From positions 186,518-250,517 of the forward strand of contig JAQBRF010000002.1 of the NCBI GenBank assembly GCA_028286645.1: 64,000 nucleotides of DNA, given 5' to 3'. The position numbers and the translations under genes were made by a program. The DNA comes from Candidatus Nomurabacteria bacterium. GTDB taxonomy: Bacteria > Patescibacteriota > Minisyncoccia > Phycocordibacterales > UBA5272. The notes beneath the pieces were generated by a model. It saw only the letters and a list, made by a program, of their open reading frames with translations, searched no databases and was not told the origin of the DNA. Each line of letters opens with the position of its first letter. Positions within the stretch are counted from its first letter, which is position 1. Shown in pieces: positions 9,164 through 19,199 of this stretch.

Positions 9164-9192
9164 TAATCTAACGTCTAAAATCTACAATCTAA
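9164..9192. repeat. dispersed-motif copy (TAATCTAACGTCTAAAATCTACAATCTAA) ending 6 nt before rpsL ATG
   Basis: Read directly. Confidence 0.7.
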
Positions 9193-9197
9193 TTTCC

Positions 9198-9626
9198 ATG
9201 CCTACCGTTAATCAACTAATTAAGAAGCCAAGAACAAGAATAATAAAGAAGTCTCGTTCTATTGCAATGAGCCGTGGTTTTAACGCGATAAAAAATAAAC
9301 CAAACTTCTATAACTCTCCATTTAAAAGAGGTGTATGTCTAAAGGTGACCACCACAACTCCTAAGAAGCCGAACTCAGCTCTTAGAAAGATTGCAAGAGT
9401 TCGCCTTACAAATGGAATGGAAGTGACTGCATATATTCCAGGAATCGGACATAAGTTACAAGAGCACTCTGTGGTCATTATCCGAGGAGGACGTGTGAAG
9501 GACTTGGCTGGTGTGCGTTATCACATTGTGCGCGGAAGATTAGATGCAACGCCGGTAGACAAGAGGATGCAAGGAAGATCTCTATACGGAGCTAAGCGTC
9601 CAAAGGCAGCAGCTGCGAAGAAATAA
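9198..9626 (+). CDS. rpsL: 30S ribosomal protein S12 (with ~15-aa insertion relative to E. coli)
   Basis: [12 protein letters not shown]...[12 protein letters not shown]...[24 protein letters not shown] motifs. Confidence 0.95.
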   Translation: MPTVNQLIKKPRTRIIKKSRSIAMSRGFNAIKNKPNFYNSPFKRGVCLKVTTTTPKKPNSALRKIARVRLTNGMEVTAYIPGIGHKLQEHSVVIIRGGRVKDLAGVRYHIVRGRLDATPVDKRMQGRSLYGAKRPKAAAAKK

Positions 9627-9686
9627 TTATTAAAAACTAAGTGGAGTATCTGAAACTTTCAGAGAACACATTACACTAACAAAGAT

Positions 9687-10157
9687 ATGAGAAGAAAAGT
9701 TAAAAATAGAAATATTGTAGGTCCAGATGGAAAATATGACTCAGCCAAAGTAGCTAAGTTTATTAACTATGTGATGATGGGGGGGAAGAAAAATGCTGCA
9801 CGAGAAATCGTTTATGGAGCTTTTGATATTATTAAGGAAAAGACAAAGACCGAAAATCCTATTGAAGTGTTTGAAGCAGCTCTTCGAAACGCAGGACCTG
9901 TAACTGAAGTGCGCTCACGACGTATCGGTGGAGCAAACTATCAGGTGCCGAGAGAGGTTCGAGAAGAAAGGCGTTTTCTTTTAGCACTAAGATGGATCTT
10001 AGAGGCAGCGAACGCTAAGAAAGGAAAGGCTATGCGATTTAAATTAGCCGATGAGCTTATGGCTGCGGCAAATAACGAAGGAGCTGCGGTAAAGAAGAAG
10101 GAAGACACTCACAGAATGGCGGAGTCAAACAAGGCTTTCGCCCATTTTGCTTGGTAA
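9687..10157 (+). CDS. rpsG: 30S ribosomal protein S7
   Basis: 156 aa; GGANYQVP...RR motif; position after rpsL. Confidence 0.95.
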   Translation: MRRKVKNRNIVGPDGKYDSAKVAKFINYVMMGGKKNAAREIVYGAFDIIKEKTKTENPIEVFEAALRNAGPVTEVRSRRIGGANYQVPREVREERRFLLALRWILEAANAKKGKAMRFKLADELMAAANNEGAAVKKKEDTHRMAESNKAFAHFAW

Positions 10158-10334
10158 TTTTCTCAAGAAAATGGCGCGTTACTTTGTCGTGCTAAGAATT
10201 TTATTCGGTCAACTTACTAATTGTACGTTTCTCTCATAAAATTCTTGCACTTCGCGTACTGCATCCATTTTCTTGAGAAAATAATTGATGAGACTTTTAT
10301 CTAAAATACAAGCTTTAAAATTCATATTTAAAGA

Positions 10335-10363
10335 TTGTTTACATCAGGTATTTATGTTAAAGT
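10335..10363 (+). promoter_or_regulatory. candidate sigma70-type promoter TTGTTT-17-TAAAGT upstream of fusA
   Basis: Hexamer spacing only. Confidence 0.25.
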
Positions 10364-10511
10364 ATTAACTACCTGAAAACGGGTTTTATTTTTCCCTAAA
10401 CCACCAAAGGCGGCTGGGCGACACTATTAAAAGTGTTTAGCTTAAAAATTCAAAATCCTTTCGAATTTGTATTCACTAATGACTATTAACCAATAACTAT
10501 TAACTATCTTT

Positions 10512-12656
10512 ATGGCTCGCGACTATCCACTAAACAAAACACGTAACTTCGGAGTTATCGCTCACATCGATGCTGGTAAAACTACCACAACGGAGCGTAT
10601 TTTGTTCTATACCGGAGTTTCACATAAGATCGGTGAAGTTCACGAAGGGGAAACTGTTATGGATTGGATGGAGCAAGAGCGAGAGCGCGGTATCACTATT
10701 ACTTCTGCTGCTACTACTGCATTCTGGAATCCAACATATATGACAAAAGATGACACTTCTCTTAAGTGTCGTTTCAATATTATCGACACTCCTGGACACA
10801 TCGACTTCACTATTGAAGTGAAGCGTTCACTTCGCGTGCTTGACGGTGCTGTGGTCGTGTTTGACGGAGTAGCGGGAGTAGAGCCACAATCAGAAACTAA
10901 CTGGAGATACGCGTCTGACGGAAAAGTGCCGAGAATTTGCTATATCAATAAACTAGACCGAATGGGAGCGAACTTCGATAAGGCGTTTGATTCTATATTA
11001 GACCGTCTTTCAAAGAAGGCGGTGCGAATGCATATGCCTATTGGAACTGAAGAAAATTTCAATGGGATTATTGATCTTTTAATAATGAAAGAAGTAAAAT
11101 TCTCTGGAGACAAAGGAAAAGATGTAGACTTTACTGAAATTCCTGCAGAGTTATTAGAAGAAGCAAAGAAGAGGCGTGCGGAAATGGTGGAAAAGATCGT
11201 TGAAAGCGATGAAAACATGATGACTGCATTTCTGGAAGGAAAGGAATTTTCTGTAGTAGAACTAAAAGCTGCTATAAGAAAGGCAACGATAGCGAATGAA
11301 TTATTCCCGGTATTTTGCGGATCATCATTAAAGAATCGCGGAGTGCAATTAGTACTCGACGCGGTTATTGATTATCTTCCATCACCACTTGATATTCCTG
11401 CACCAAAAGGAATCGACCCAAATACAGGAGAGGCAATAGAAGTGGAAGTATCAGACACGGCTCCGCTTGCCGCTCTTGCTTTCAAGCTTCAATCAGATCC
11501 ATTCGTGGGACAGCTTACATTCTTCAGAGTTTACGCTGGAACAATTGAAGCGGGATCATATATTTATAACTCGACAAAAGATAAAAAAGAAAGAGTAAGT
11601 CGTATCCTTCGAATGCATGCAAATGAAAGAGAAGAAGTGAAAGCGGTATATGCTGGAGAAATCGCAGCTGCTGTAGGACTTAAAGATACTGTTACATCAG
11701 ACACTATGTGTACTGAAGAGCATCCAGTAATCCTTGAAAGAATTGTTATTCCTGAATCTGTTATTTCTATGCGTGTGGAACCGAAGACAAAAGCTGACCA
11801 AGAAAAAATGGGTCTTGCGCTTTCTCGTTTGGCTATCGAAGATCCTACTTTCCGCGTGGCATCAGATTCTGAAACAGGGGAGACTATTATCTCAGGAATG
11901 GGAGAACTCCATCTTGATATCATTGTCGACCGAATGAAAAGAGAATTTAATGTAGAAGCAAATACAGGCAAGCCTCAGGTGGCGTATAAGGAAACTATTC
12001 TTGGGTCAGCTGCAGGAGAGGGCAAATATATCAAACAGTCTGGCGGTCGCGGTCAGTACGGACATGTGAAAATAAATATTAAGCCAATTGACTATAATAT
12101 TCCCACAGAAGATCTTCCAAAGAACACGAAGAGATATGACGGATTTGAATTTGTTAACTCTCTAAAAGGAGGCTCAATTCCATCGGAATTCGTTCCTGCT
12201 GTAGAAAAGGGCTTGAGAGAATCAATGGATCGCGGAACACTTGCCGGATTTAAAATGGTGGATGTATCGTGCGAGGTATATGACGGATCTTTCCATGAAG
12301 TGGACTCCTCAGAAATCGCCTTCAAAATCGCAGCCGGTATGGCGCTAGCTGACGCAGTTGGCAAAGCCAAGCCTGTGATCCTAGAACCTATAATGAAAGT
12401 GGAGATAGTCACACCAGACAAGTTTTATGGAGATATAACAGGGAATCTTTCATCAAAGCGCGGTCAGATTGAAGGAATGGATGAAAGAGGACAGGACAAA
12501 GTAGTGCGCGCTATGGTGCCGCTATCGGAAATGTTTGGATATGTAAATAACTTAAGATCCATGACAGAAGGACGTGCTTCATATACAATGGAATTTGGAA
12601 AGTATGATGTGGTGCCACAAAATATCGCAAAGGACATTGCAGAAAATAAGAAGTAA
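10512..12656 (+). CDS. fusA: elongation factor G
   Basis: 714 aa; GVIAHIDAGKTTTTERILFYTG, DTPGHIDF, full EF-G architecture. Confidence 0.95.
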   Translation: MARDYPLNKTRNFGVIAHIDAGKTTTTERILFYTGVSHKIGEVHEGETVMDWMEQERERGITITSAATTAFWNPTYMTKDDTSLKCRFNIIDTPGHIDFTIEVKRSLRVLDGAVVVFDGVAGVEPQSETNWRYASDGKVPRICYINKLDRMGANFDKAFDSILDRLSKKAVRMHMPIGTEENFNGIIDLLIMKEVKFSGDKGKDVDFTEIPAELLEEAKKRRAEMVEKIVESDENMMTAFLEGKEFSVVELKAAIRKATIANELFPVFCGSSLKNRGVQLVLDAVIDYLPSPLDIPAPKGIDPNTGEAIEVEVSDTAPLAALAFKLQSDPFVGQLTFFRVYAGTIEAGSYIYNSTKDKKERVSRILRMHANEREEVKAVYAGEIAAAVGLKDTVTSDTMCTEEHPVILERIVIPESVISMRVEPKTKADQEKMGLALSRLAIEDPTFRVASDSETGETIISGMGELHLDIIVDRMKREFNVEANTGKPQVAYKETILGSAAGEGKYIKQSGGRGQYGHVKINIKPIDYNIPTEDLPKNTKRYDGFEFVNSLKGGSIPSEFVPAVEKGLRESMDRGTLAGFKMVDVSCEVYDGSFHEVDSSEIAFKIAAGMALADAVGKAKPVILEPIMKVEIVTPDKFYGDITGNLSSKRGQIEGMDERGQDKVVRAMVPLSEMFGYVNNLRSMTEGRASYTMEFGKYDVVPQNIAKDIAENKK

Positions 12657-12713
12657 ATTATTATTTACGACTATATTTTCTTAATCCCGCGACAAAAATA
12701 CTTTTTTGGAGTC

Positions 12714-12905
12714 GTGGTCGCAGAGAACAAAGCGTTAGTAAAAAAAGGACGTCTCTCAAAAGAGACTCTCGAAGAAAATAAGGATAAAATAATACAACAT
12801 TTGTCTAAGGACTATGAAATTAATCAAAGAACAGGAGTGGGGGGAGAGATTGGCATGCAAGTAGCGAAGGCAAGATATGAAGCAACCCTCGGCTCTATTG
12901 ACTAA
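12714..12905 (+). CDS. small hypothetical ORF (63 aa)
   Basis: ORF only. Confidence 0.15.
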   Translation: MVAENKALVKKGRLSKETLEENKDKIIQHLSKDYEINQRTGVGGEIGMQVAKARYEATLGSID

Positions 12906-13020
12906 ATATAAAGGTTCAAAAAAAGATGCTACTAGCGTCCTTTTTGCTCTATGTTGATAACTTCTACAAAGTGTGGTGTAGAAAGAGTATAATTCGTTCA
13001 TTATAAATAAATTTAAAATA

Positions 13021-13950
13021 ATGAACAAGAAGATCTACACAGTTAACTTTGCACTAATTCTCGCCTCTTTATACACGTTTGCTCTATATATAATATCTGC
13101 AGACGGAAATATTTTCACAAAGATTTCCCCTAACTTTTATGATTGTGACTGCGGTGGGTATACTTATTTTAATTATTTAACAATATCTATCGTGGGTCTT
13201 ATTGCTTTTATCGTTACTTCCTCTCTTTTTATTAGGAAGTACGGCTCTATTTCTGCGGACGATGAATATGTTTCTTTCTTAAATTACATAGGCAAGGCAT
13301 TATTTTGGGTATTTGCCGCTTATATATTATATGCACCAATAACTTATTTAGTGTCAGGAGGCCCATTCTTATCTTTCATCATTAATATGATCTGGCAGGT
13401 GGTAATTCTTTTCTTATCTGGGTATTTCTTATATGCACGAGGAGCATGGAGAAGTCACAGCGCTATGGTGGTTATTTGGGCAGTAATGGCTGTGCTTGCT
13501 ATTGTTTCTTTCGTCGGAGGATTCTTTGCTTACGGAACTCCAAGTGAACAGTATAAAGTATCAGCCGATCAAGAAACCTTAATTAGATTAGACAGCGCCT
13601 CGTATGATGTGGATGATTTTATTAGTTACAATAAAGTTTTCCCAACGATTGACCAACTAATGGAAGCAACCTCAACTCAAACACCGAAAGACAAGTTTGA
13701 AAATCCTGTTACTCACCAGCAATTTACTCTTACAGAATATAAAGATGAAACTCCTAACCAATATGGAGATATATATGGCCACTATGAATTATGCTCAACC
13801 GTATTCTTAGGATATGAAAAGGCTTATGATCTTAGTAAAAATTCTAGTTTCTTGAAGTCTCGCCAAAAGCCAGGAAAATATTGTGTTACGAGAAACTATT
13901 CAATATATAACGATACAACTAGCGGTAACTCACAAAGTGGAATGGAATAG
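13021..13950 (+). CDS. hypothetical polytopic membrane protein with C-terminal soluble domain
   Basis: 6+ hydrophobic helices in first 180 aa. Confidence 0.35.
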   Translation: MNKKIYTVNFALILASLYTFALYIISADGNIFTKISPNFYDCDCGGYTYFNYLTISIVGLIAFIVTSSLFIRKYGSISADDEYVSFLNYIGKALFWVFAAYILYAPITYLVSGGPFLSFIINMIWQVVILFLSGYFLYARGAWRSHSAMVVIWAVMAVLAIVSFVGGFFAYGTPSEQYKVSADQETLIRLDSASYDVDDFISYNKVFPTIDQLMEATSTQTPKDKFENPVTHQQFTLTEYKDETPNQYGDIYGHYELCSTVFLGYEKAYDLSKNSSFLKSRQKPGKYCVTRNYSIYNDTTSGNSQSGME

Positions 13951-14006
13951 TTGGATTTCTTAATTAAGCCTAATGGGTATAAACTTAGATGTAAGTTATT
14001 ATTAAT

Positions 14007-16328
14007 ATGCTTAGCATGAAAACTACTATCTATTTAAAGCCCTTATTTATTGTTTCCCTGGTTCTTGGTATAACTTCATCTACTTTTGCTCAAGTGGCTG
14101 ATGAAAATCCAAACGGAACTTCGTGCGCCATCATTACGTCAAATACAGGTTATGGGTCACGAGATAATTCTTATAATAGTAACGTTTCTATTCTTCAGGA
14201 CTTTTTAAGTTCCAATGGATATTTAAATTCGCAGCCGACTGGCTTCTATGGGCGCCTTACACTTAATGCTGTTTCTAATTTTCAAAGAGCAAATGGCATT
14301 TCGCCCACAGGTTATGTCGGATCTATAACGCGAGCGAGAATCCAAGCTATTGATTGTAATGGAGGAACCATACCCACACCCACTCCAACGCCTACAAATC
14401 TTCCATACGGATGCACTTCTATTATTGGGTATAGTCCAATTACTGGAGCAAGATGTGATAGCGGTACCACAAATCCTAATCCAGATTCTAATACTCAATC
14501 GCAAGTAGTGGCTTTGGCCATATCCAGGCTTGCTACAAAGCTAAATGTTTATTCCTCAAGTATTAGTGTAATAAATGTAGAAAGAATTACCTGGCCGAAT
14601 GGATGTTTGGGGATTGATTATGGAGCAGGATCAATTTGTACGCAGTCATTTGTTAATGGATATAAAATAACTCTTAATTATGGAGGGCAAACGTACGAAT
14701 ATCATGCAAATAGCAGTGGAAGTCAGATTGTAGAATTTATTAATAATGTTATTAGTAATGTGAGCTTCTCAGCAACTCCTCAAACAGGAGCTTCGCCTCT
14801 TGCTGTTAACTTTATTACTTCCGGAATTCCTTATACCGCAAGCTCTCCTTATTTGATTGATTTTGGAGATGGATTTTCTGGGACATCATGGGGGGTTGGT
14901 TTTGAAAATGGATCAATGCTAAATATGATTCACACATATTCTTCCCCAGGAACTTACACTGCTAAACTTCTAAAAAACACTTGCCCTCAAGGAGCTCAAT
15001 GTTTCGCCGGACCTCAAACAATTGGCACATTAGTGGTAACAGTAAATGGAGCGGCAACTTCAGGAGGTCTATCGGTTTCTCCTTTATCTGGAAGTGCTCC
15101 GCTTACCGTTTCAGTTTCAGGCACATCTGTGGGCGGCAGTTATTCAATTGATTTCGGAGATAATACTACTCCGTTGGTAAGCCATGCTACGTGTTTATAT
15201 GGAATGAATTGTTCTGGGGCTATATCTATTAATCAAACTCACACATATCAATTACCTGGTACATACACCCTAACCTTCAACGATATTTTGTCCAGTTATC
15301 CTTACTACACAAGTTATACAAAAACTATTACTGTTTCTGGAGGGTCGTCATCTAACTTACTAACAGCCATACCAACAACAGGATCTTCCCCGCTATTGGT
15401 TACCTTAAGTGTTCCGTCAGTTATACAAGGTAAGATGAACGCCTGCGTATATACACAAGGATTTTATGGAGCATCCGGGCAAGGAATAGATGTTAACTGG
15501 GGGGACGGAACTTTTTCTCCGGTGTTTTCTGATAGCAAGAGAGGTCAAAGCTGTTCGGATGAATTAAAGACTCACACATATACAACTCCTGGAACCTATA
15601 CAATAACTATGCGAAGCTGGCACCCAGGCCCGACAGATCAAGCGGTGATTGACTGGCAAGGGACTTCAACCATTGTCGTGGGTGGGACCCGGGCAGCAAA
15701 TGAAACATTTATAGCTACTCCGACTTCCGGCAATGCTCCATTAAATGTTTCATATCGTATAGATAACGCAGATGCCTCGCTTTATGCTTATTCGATTTCA
15801 TATGGGGATGGCACCTCTCCATCCCTCATAGCGCCTCCTGCGGGGTCAGGTAATTGCACTGGTTTCGGTAATGGCTGTTTCATTTCGGATTCCCATATAT
15901 ATTCACAACCGGGGACGTATACCGCGACTCTTTATAGAACAATCAATGTTGTATGTGCGGGAGGAATGGTGTGTAATGCTGGGGTGCGCGAAACTGTTAA
16001 AACAGCGACTATCACTGTGGGAGCTGCTTCTTCTAATAGCGTAAGTCTGTCTGCGTATCCTACATCAGGCAATGCGCCACTTGGTGTAGGCTTTTCCGCT
16101 TCTTACCTTCCCGCTAGCAGCTATTTTGTAATTAAATTCGGCGATGGAAATCAGTTAAGTTTATCTGGAAGCAACCAACAGGTATGTACCGCATCATATC
16201 CTGTAACATGTACAAGTTTTAATGGCTTTAATATTAGTCATGTATATAATACTCGAGGCATGTATACCGCAGAGGTGCTTACATCAGAAAATGTTTCTCT
16301 TGCGACAACGAACATAACAGTTAATTAG
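14007..16328 (+). CDS. secreted surface protein: signal peptide, Cys-bracketed peptidoglycan-binding (PG_binding_1-like) module, then ~5 PKD-like repeats
   Basis: SILQDFLSSNGYLNSQPTGFYGRLTLNAVSNFQRANGISPTGYVG; repeated ...TGxAPLxVxF...DFGDG / WGDGT / YGDGT PKD signatures. Confidence 0.55.
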   Translation: MLSMKTTIYLKPLFIVSLVLGITSSTFAQVADENPNGTSCAIITSNTGYGSRDNSYNSNVSILQDFLSSNGYLNSQPTGFYGRLTLNAVSNFQRANGISPTGYVGSITRARIQAIDCNGGTIPTPTPTPTNLPYGCTSIIGYSPITGARCDSGTTNPNPDSNTQSQVVALAISRLATKLNVYSSSISVINVERITWPNGCLGIDYGAGSICTQSFVNGYKITLNYGGQTYEYHANSSGSQIVEFINNVISNVSFSATPQTGASPLAVNFITSGIPYTASSPYLIDFGDGFSGTSWGVGFENGSMLNMIHTYSSPGTYTAKLLKNTCPQGAQCFAGPQTIGTLVVTVNGAATSGGLSVSPLSGSAPLTVSVSGTSVGGSYSIDFGDNTTPLVSHATCLYGMNCSGAISINQTHTYQLPGTYTLTFNDILSSYPYYTSYTKTITVSGGSSSNLLTAIPTTGSSPLLVTLSVPSVIQGKMNACVYTQGFYGASGQGIDVNWGDGTFSPVFSDSKRGQSCSDELKTHTYTTPGTYTITMRSWHPGPTDQAVIDWQGTSTIVVGGTRAANETFIATPTSGNAPLNVSYRIDNADASLYAYSISYGDGTSPSLIAPPAGSGNCTGFGNGCFISDSHIYSQPGTYTATLYRTINVVCAGGMVCNAGVRETVKTATITVGAASSNSVSLSAYPTSGNAPLGVGFSASYLPASSYFVIKFGDGNQLSLSGSNQQVCTASYPVTCTSFNGFNISHVYNTRGMYTAEVLTSENVSLATTNITVN

Positions 16329-16387
16329 CCTATAATTAATCTTAGTTATCCCTAAACGCATACAGTCTCATTTGGTATCATTTAAAT

Positions 16388-17503
16388 ATGAAAAAACTTA
16401 TTTTGGCACTTATGCTAACTTCCGGAATTTTGTATTCATACGCAGATACTTGTACCGATATTTCTATAAACCTTTCAAAAAAAGGAAATACAAACAGCCA
16501 AGTCCTTATCCTTCAAAACTTTCTTTTTAATAAAGGCTTATTAAATGCAAAACCGAATGGGTATTTCGGTCCTCAAACATTTACAGCAGTAAAACTATAT
16601 CAGAAGTCAAAAGGCATTACGCCAACAGGAGACGTGGCAGCGCTTACGAGATCATCTATAAAAAATGAAAGCTGCAATGGAACCACACCTGCTGTTTCGT
16701 CTCCCACAACATCGACAATGGCCACTACAACTTCACAAGTTATGGTTACGCCTTTAGTGCCTTCGGTTATTTCCATAAAAGTTTCTCCTTCTGTTATAAA
16801 TACTATTGATTACGCCACATTTATCTCCGGAGGAAAAATGGATACGCCGTTAACGATACGAGGATCAGGATTTAGCTCTTCTACAAATCAAGTTATTTTA
16901 AAATTAACTGGATCAAACAGAACCTTTGATTTAGGAAATTTCCCGTCCGTAAATGGGACGACAACTATTGTATCCTCAAGTTTTATAACAAACACATATC
17001 CCTGTGGGACGAGCTGCACCGAGCTTCTTCCGGTTGGCAATTATAGTGTGATTGTGAAAAATGAGGGAGGGGAAAGCAATGCGGGAGGAATAATAGTAAG
17101 AAATATAATCGCAACTGGCACATCAGGAAGTATTTCTACAGCAATAAAGCAGCAAAGCACTCAGGCAAAGCTTGCCACCTTTACAATAGGGACCAATACA
17201 TCGATTTCTCTTGAAGAGATGAACATCTCTCTAACTTCTTCACTTTCAAGCGGAGCAGGGATTTCAAATTTAAAATTAAAAGATGAATTATCCGGTGAAG
17301 TAATAGGAGGGTCATCATCATTTGATTTAGGCAAGAGAATGATAATTGAAAATCAATCAAAGATTTATTCTTTATATGGCGATATTGATGTACCCGTATC
17401 TGTCGGCGTAACTATTAACGCAGTCTTAAAAGTAAAAGAATTTATCGGAAATAATTTTATATATATAACAATTCCAACTGTTTTTGATACTATTTCTGGG
17501 TAA
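16388..17503 (+). CDS. secreted surface protein with same N-terminal PG-binding module, Thr-rich linker, Ig-like domains
   Basis: Signal peptide; VLILQNFLFNKGLLNAKPNGYFGPQTFTAVKLYQKSKGITPTGDV. Confidence 0.5.
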   Translation: MKKLILALMLTSGILYSYADTCTDISINLSKKGNTNSQVLILQNFLFNKGLLNAKPNGYFGPQTFTAVKLYQKSKGITPTGDVAALTRSSIKNESCNGTTPAVSSPTTSTMATTTSQVMVTPLVPSVISIKVSPSVINTIDYATFISGGKMDTPLTIRGSGFSSSTNQVILKLTGSNRTFDLGNFPSVNGTTTIVSSSFITNTYPCGTSCTELLPVGNYSVIVKNEGGESNAGGIIVRNIIATGTSGSISTAIKQQSTQAKLATFTIGTNTSISLEEMNISLTSSLSSGAGISNLKLKDELSGEVIGGSSSFDLGKRMIIENQSKIYSLYGDIDVPVSVGVTINAVLKVKEFIGNNFIYITIPTVFDTISG

Positions 17504-17525
17504 AAATGATATCCCCCAAAGGCCC

Positions 17526-17553
17526 TTGCATAAATTTTTACACGTTGTAGTAT
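17526..17553 (+). promoter_or_regulatory. candidate promoter TTGCAT-16-TAGTAT at left edge of GC-rich island
   Basis: Near-consensus hexamers in AT-rich DNA just before the G/C-rich leader. Confidence 0.35.
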
Positions 17554-17623
17554 AGGGGGGTCAAACCGCCTTGCCCCCATCCGGGGGTAAAGGAGAGGGG
17601 AGGCAACCTTCAGGAGACTCAAA

Positions 17624-18070
17624 ATGAAGAAGTTCGTTCTCGCGGCTCTCGCAGCCGCAATGTTGCTCACGGGTCCCATGGTGAATGCGGCGCCCCCGGA
17701 AGTCGGCGTGGCCAAAGCTCAGACGACCGAAGCGGTGCTCAAGGCCAAGCCGACGTCCGTCGTGACCGAGATCATGGTGCTCCAGGCGCCGAGCGCGCGC
17801 GAAATCGCGACCAGGCACGCCGACGCGGTCGCAGGATCGACGTATCTCGCGACCCAGGACATGATCGGCTTCCAGGAAATCGCCGCGAACCAGTCGAGCT
17901 CGGCCCGCGTGTTCACGTCGACATCGTCCGCGGGCCTGGTCGCCTTCGACGGCGCAATGGTGAACACCTCGCGCTTCGTGCCGACGCACCCCGCCCTTTA
18001 CGGTGAAATGGCATCCGCGTTCACGCACGGCGTCGCGCCGCCCGTCGTCACCGCCTTGCCGGCGATCTAA
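17624..18070 (+). CDS. secreted hypothetical protein (signal peptide MKKFVLAALAAAMLLTGPMVNAAP), high-GC
   Basis: Strong SD (AAAGGAGAGGGGAGG...CAGGAGACTCAAAATG) 8 nt upstream; terminator follows. Confidence 0.45.
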   Translation: MKKFVLAALAAAMLLTGPMVNAAPPEVGVAKAQTTEAVLKAKPTSVVTEIMVLQAPSAREIATRHADAVAGSTYLATQDMIGFQEIAANQSSSARVFTSTSSAGLVAFDGAMVNTSRFVPTHPALYGEMASAFTHGVAPPVVTALPAI

Positions 18071-18110
18071 CAAGCCGGCCGCTCCGATTCGCCGTCCTGG
18101 CGAATGCACT

Positions 18111-18140
18111 GCCCACCTCCACGGTGGGTTTTTTATTTTT
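18111..18140 (+). terminator. rho-independent terminator (CCCACC-TCCA-CGGTGGG + T-run)
   Basis: Read directly. Confidence 0.7.
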
Positions 18141-18235
18141 ATCTATTTATTTTTTAAGTAATAATTAATTATTTGTGACATAAAATCTTGTGACATGGTT
18201 CATGGATTTTTGATATTTAACCATTATTTAAAATA

Positions 18236-18264
18236 TTGACCAGTAGTAATAAGTATTGTAGGAT
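18236..18264 (+). promoter_or_regulatory. candidate promoter TTGACC-17-TAGGAT upstream of bactofilin-like gene
   Basis: Hexamer spacing; in AT-rich spacer that also carries TTGTGACAT x2. Confidence 0.3.
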
Positions 18265-18344
18265 GAAAAGTAATCTGTTCCAATTATTTCGAATTACCCA
18301 TGGAACGGACTTCCTTATCGTAATCACAATGGAGAGCCAGAATC

Positions 18345-19124
18345 ATGTTCAACAAAGACGCATTGTTCGGCCAGAGAGGTGACACCACCGATGCAAACGT
18401 GACCGGTATGCCGGGGTCCCACCCGCACCCTCGCCCCGTAAGTCCGGCCTTGCCGGCAGATCCGTCGCCCGCCCCTTCAGCAAACCTCGCGGACACTCCT
18501 TCAATGCTTCTCAACGAGGCTGCGTCGGAGTCTGAGGGGGCGGTAGCTCGTGCACGCTCTCGTGCTCCAGCGCCTTCTGATTCTGTGGTTGTGAATCGGG
18601 CGCACCGGCTGGCCGCAGAGCCTGTACGCGTCGAAGACTCCTCTGAAACTACGTCGACAATCGCAAAAAGCTGGAATATCAAAGGAGTGGGCTCCGCCAT
18701 CACAGGCGTCGGCACTCTCATCGTCGAGGGGGAGGTGGAGAGCGAGATCGAATGTCGCGTCATCAGGATTCTCCCCGGCGGCCTTGTCACCGGCCCGGTG
18801 ACAGCGGAAGTGGCCGAAGTCTATGGCACCGTTATAGGGGAGCTCACGGCGACCAAGCGCCTGGTGCTCTTCTCTACAGGCAACATTTCCGGACGAATCC
18901 GTTACGGGAAAATCCACGTCGAAGAAGGTGCGGAAATTTCGGGAGACGTCAACACTCTCGCGGCTGTGCATGCAGCGGTTGCCGAAGTAGCGGCAGACGA
19001 AATGGCCGCTTCCAGACTCGCGGCGGTCGCAAGCTCAAGCACCCAGCCTTCCACATCCGGAGATGACTCAAACGTGGCAGAATCGGAAGAACATGCCGAA
19101 GATGCCGGCGGATCGACTTCCTAG
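18345..19124 (+). CDS. bactofilin-domain cytoskeletal protein with Pro-rich N-terminus and acidic C-terminal tail
   Basis: Beta-helical repeat pattern IKGVGSAITGVGTLIVEGEVESEIECRVIRILPGGLVTGPVTAEVAEVYGTVIGELTATKRLVLFSTGNISGRIRYGKIHVEEGAEISGDV resembles BacM/CcmA-type bactofilins; SD GGAGAG 11 nt upstream. Confidence 0.6.
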   Translation: MFNKDALFGQRGDTTDANVTGMPGSHPHPRPVSPALPADPSPAPSANLADTPSMLLNEAASESEGAVARARSRAPAPSDSVVVNRAHRLAAEPVRVEDSSETTSTIAKSWNIKGVGSAITGVGTLIVEGEVESEIECRVIRILPGGLVTGPVTAEVAEVYGTVIGELTATKRLVLFSTGNISGRIRYGKIHVEEGAEISGDVNTLAAVHAAVAEVAADEMAASRLAAVASSSTQPSTSGDDSNVAESEEHAEDAGGSTS

Positions 19125-19172
19125 CCGAAATAAACCGGCGGGATCACAAATAAGGACGCTTTACCGCTTCAC

Positions 19173-19199
19173 GCAGCTCTTCGGGGCTGCATTTTTTTA
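19173..19199 (+). terminator. rho-independent terminator (GCAGCTCTTCGGGGCTGC + T7)
   Basis: Read directly. Confidence 0.7.

Noticed and set aside
10940-12421. Antisense ORFs within fusA (10940-11218, 11564-11971, 12092-12421) and similar ones within tuf, rplB, the surface-protein genes, recA and ftsK
   Set aside because: They lie wholly inside well-supported conserved genes on the opposite strand and have no independent signals.
17561-18109. Minus-strand 182-aa Arg-rich ORF and other long antisense ORFs (18284-18790 minus, 18501-18971 minus, 18752-19066 plus) inside the GC island
   Set aside because: These are the usual stop-codon-poor shadow frames of high-GC DNA. The sense ORFs have SD sites, a signal peptide or a bactofilin domain, and terminators. 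The antisense products are low-complexity Arg/Pro strings.
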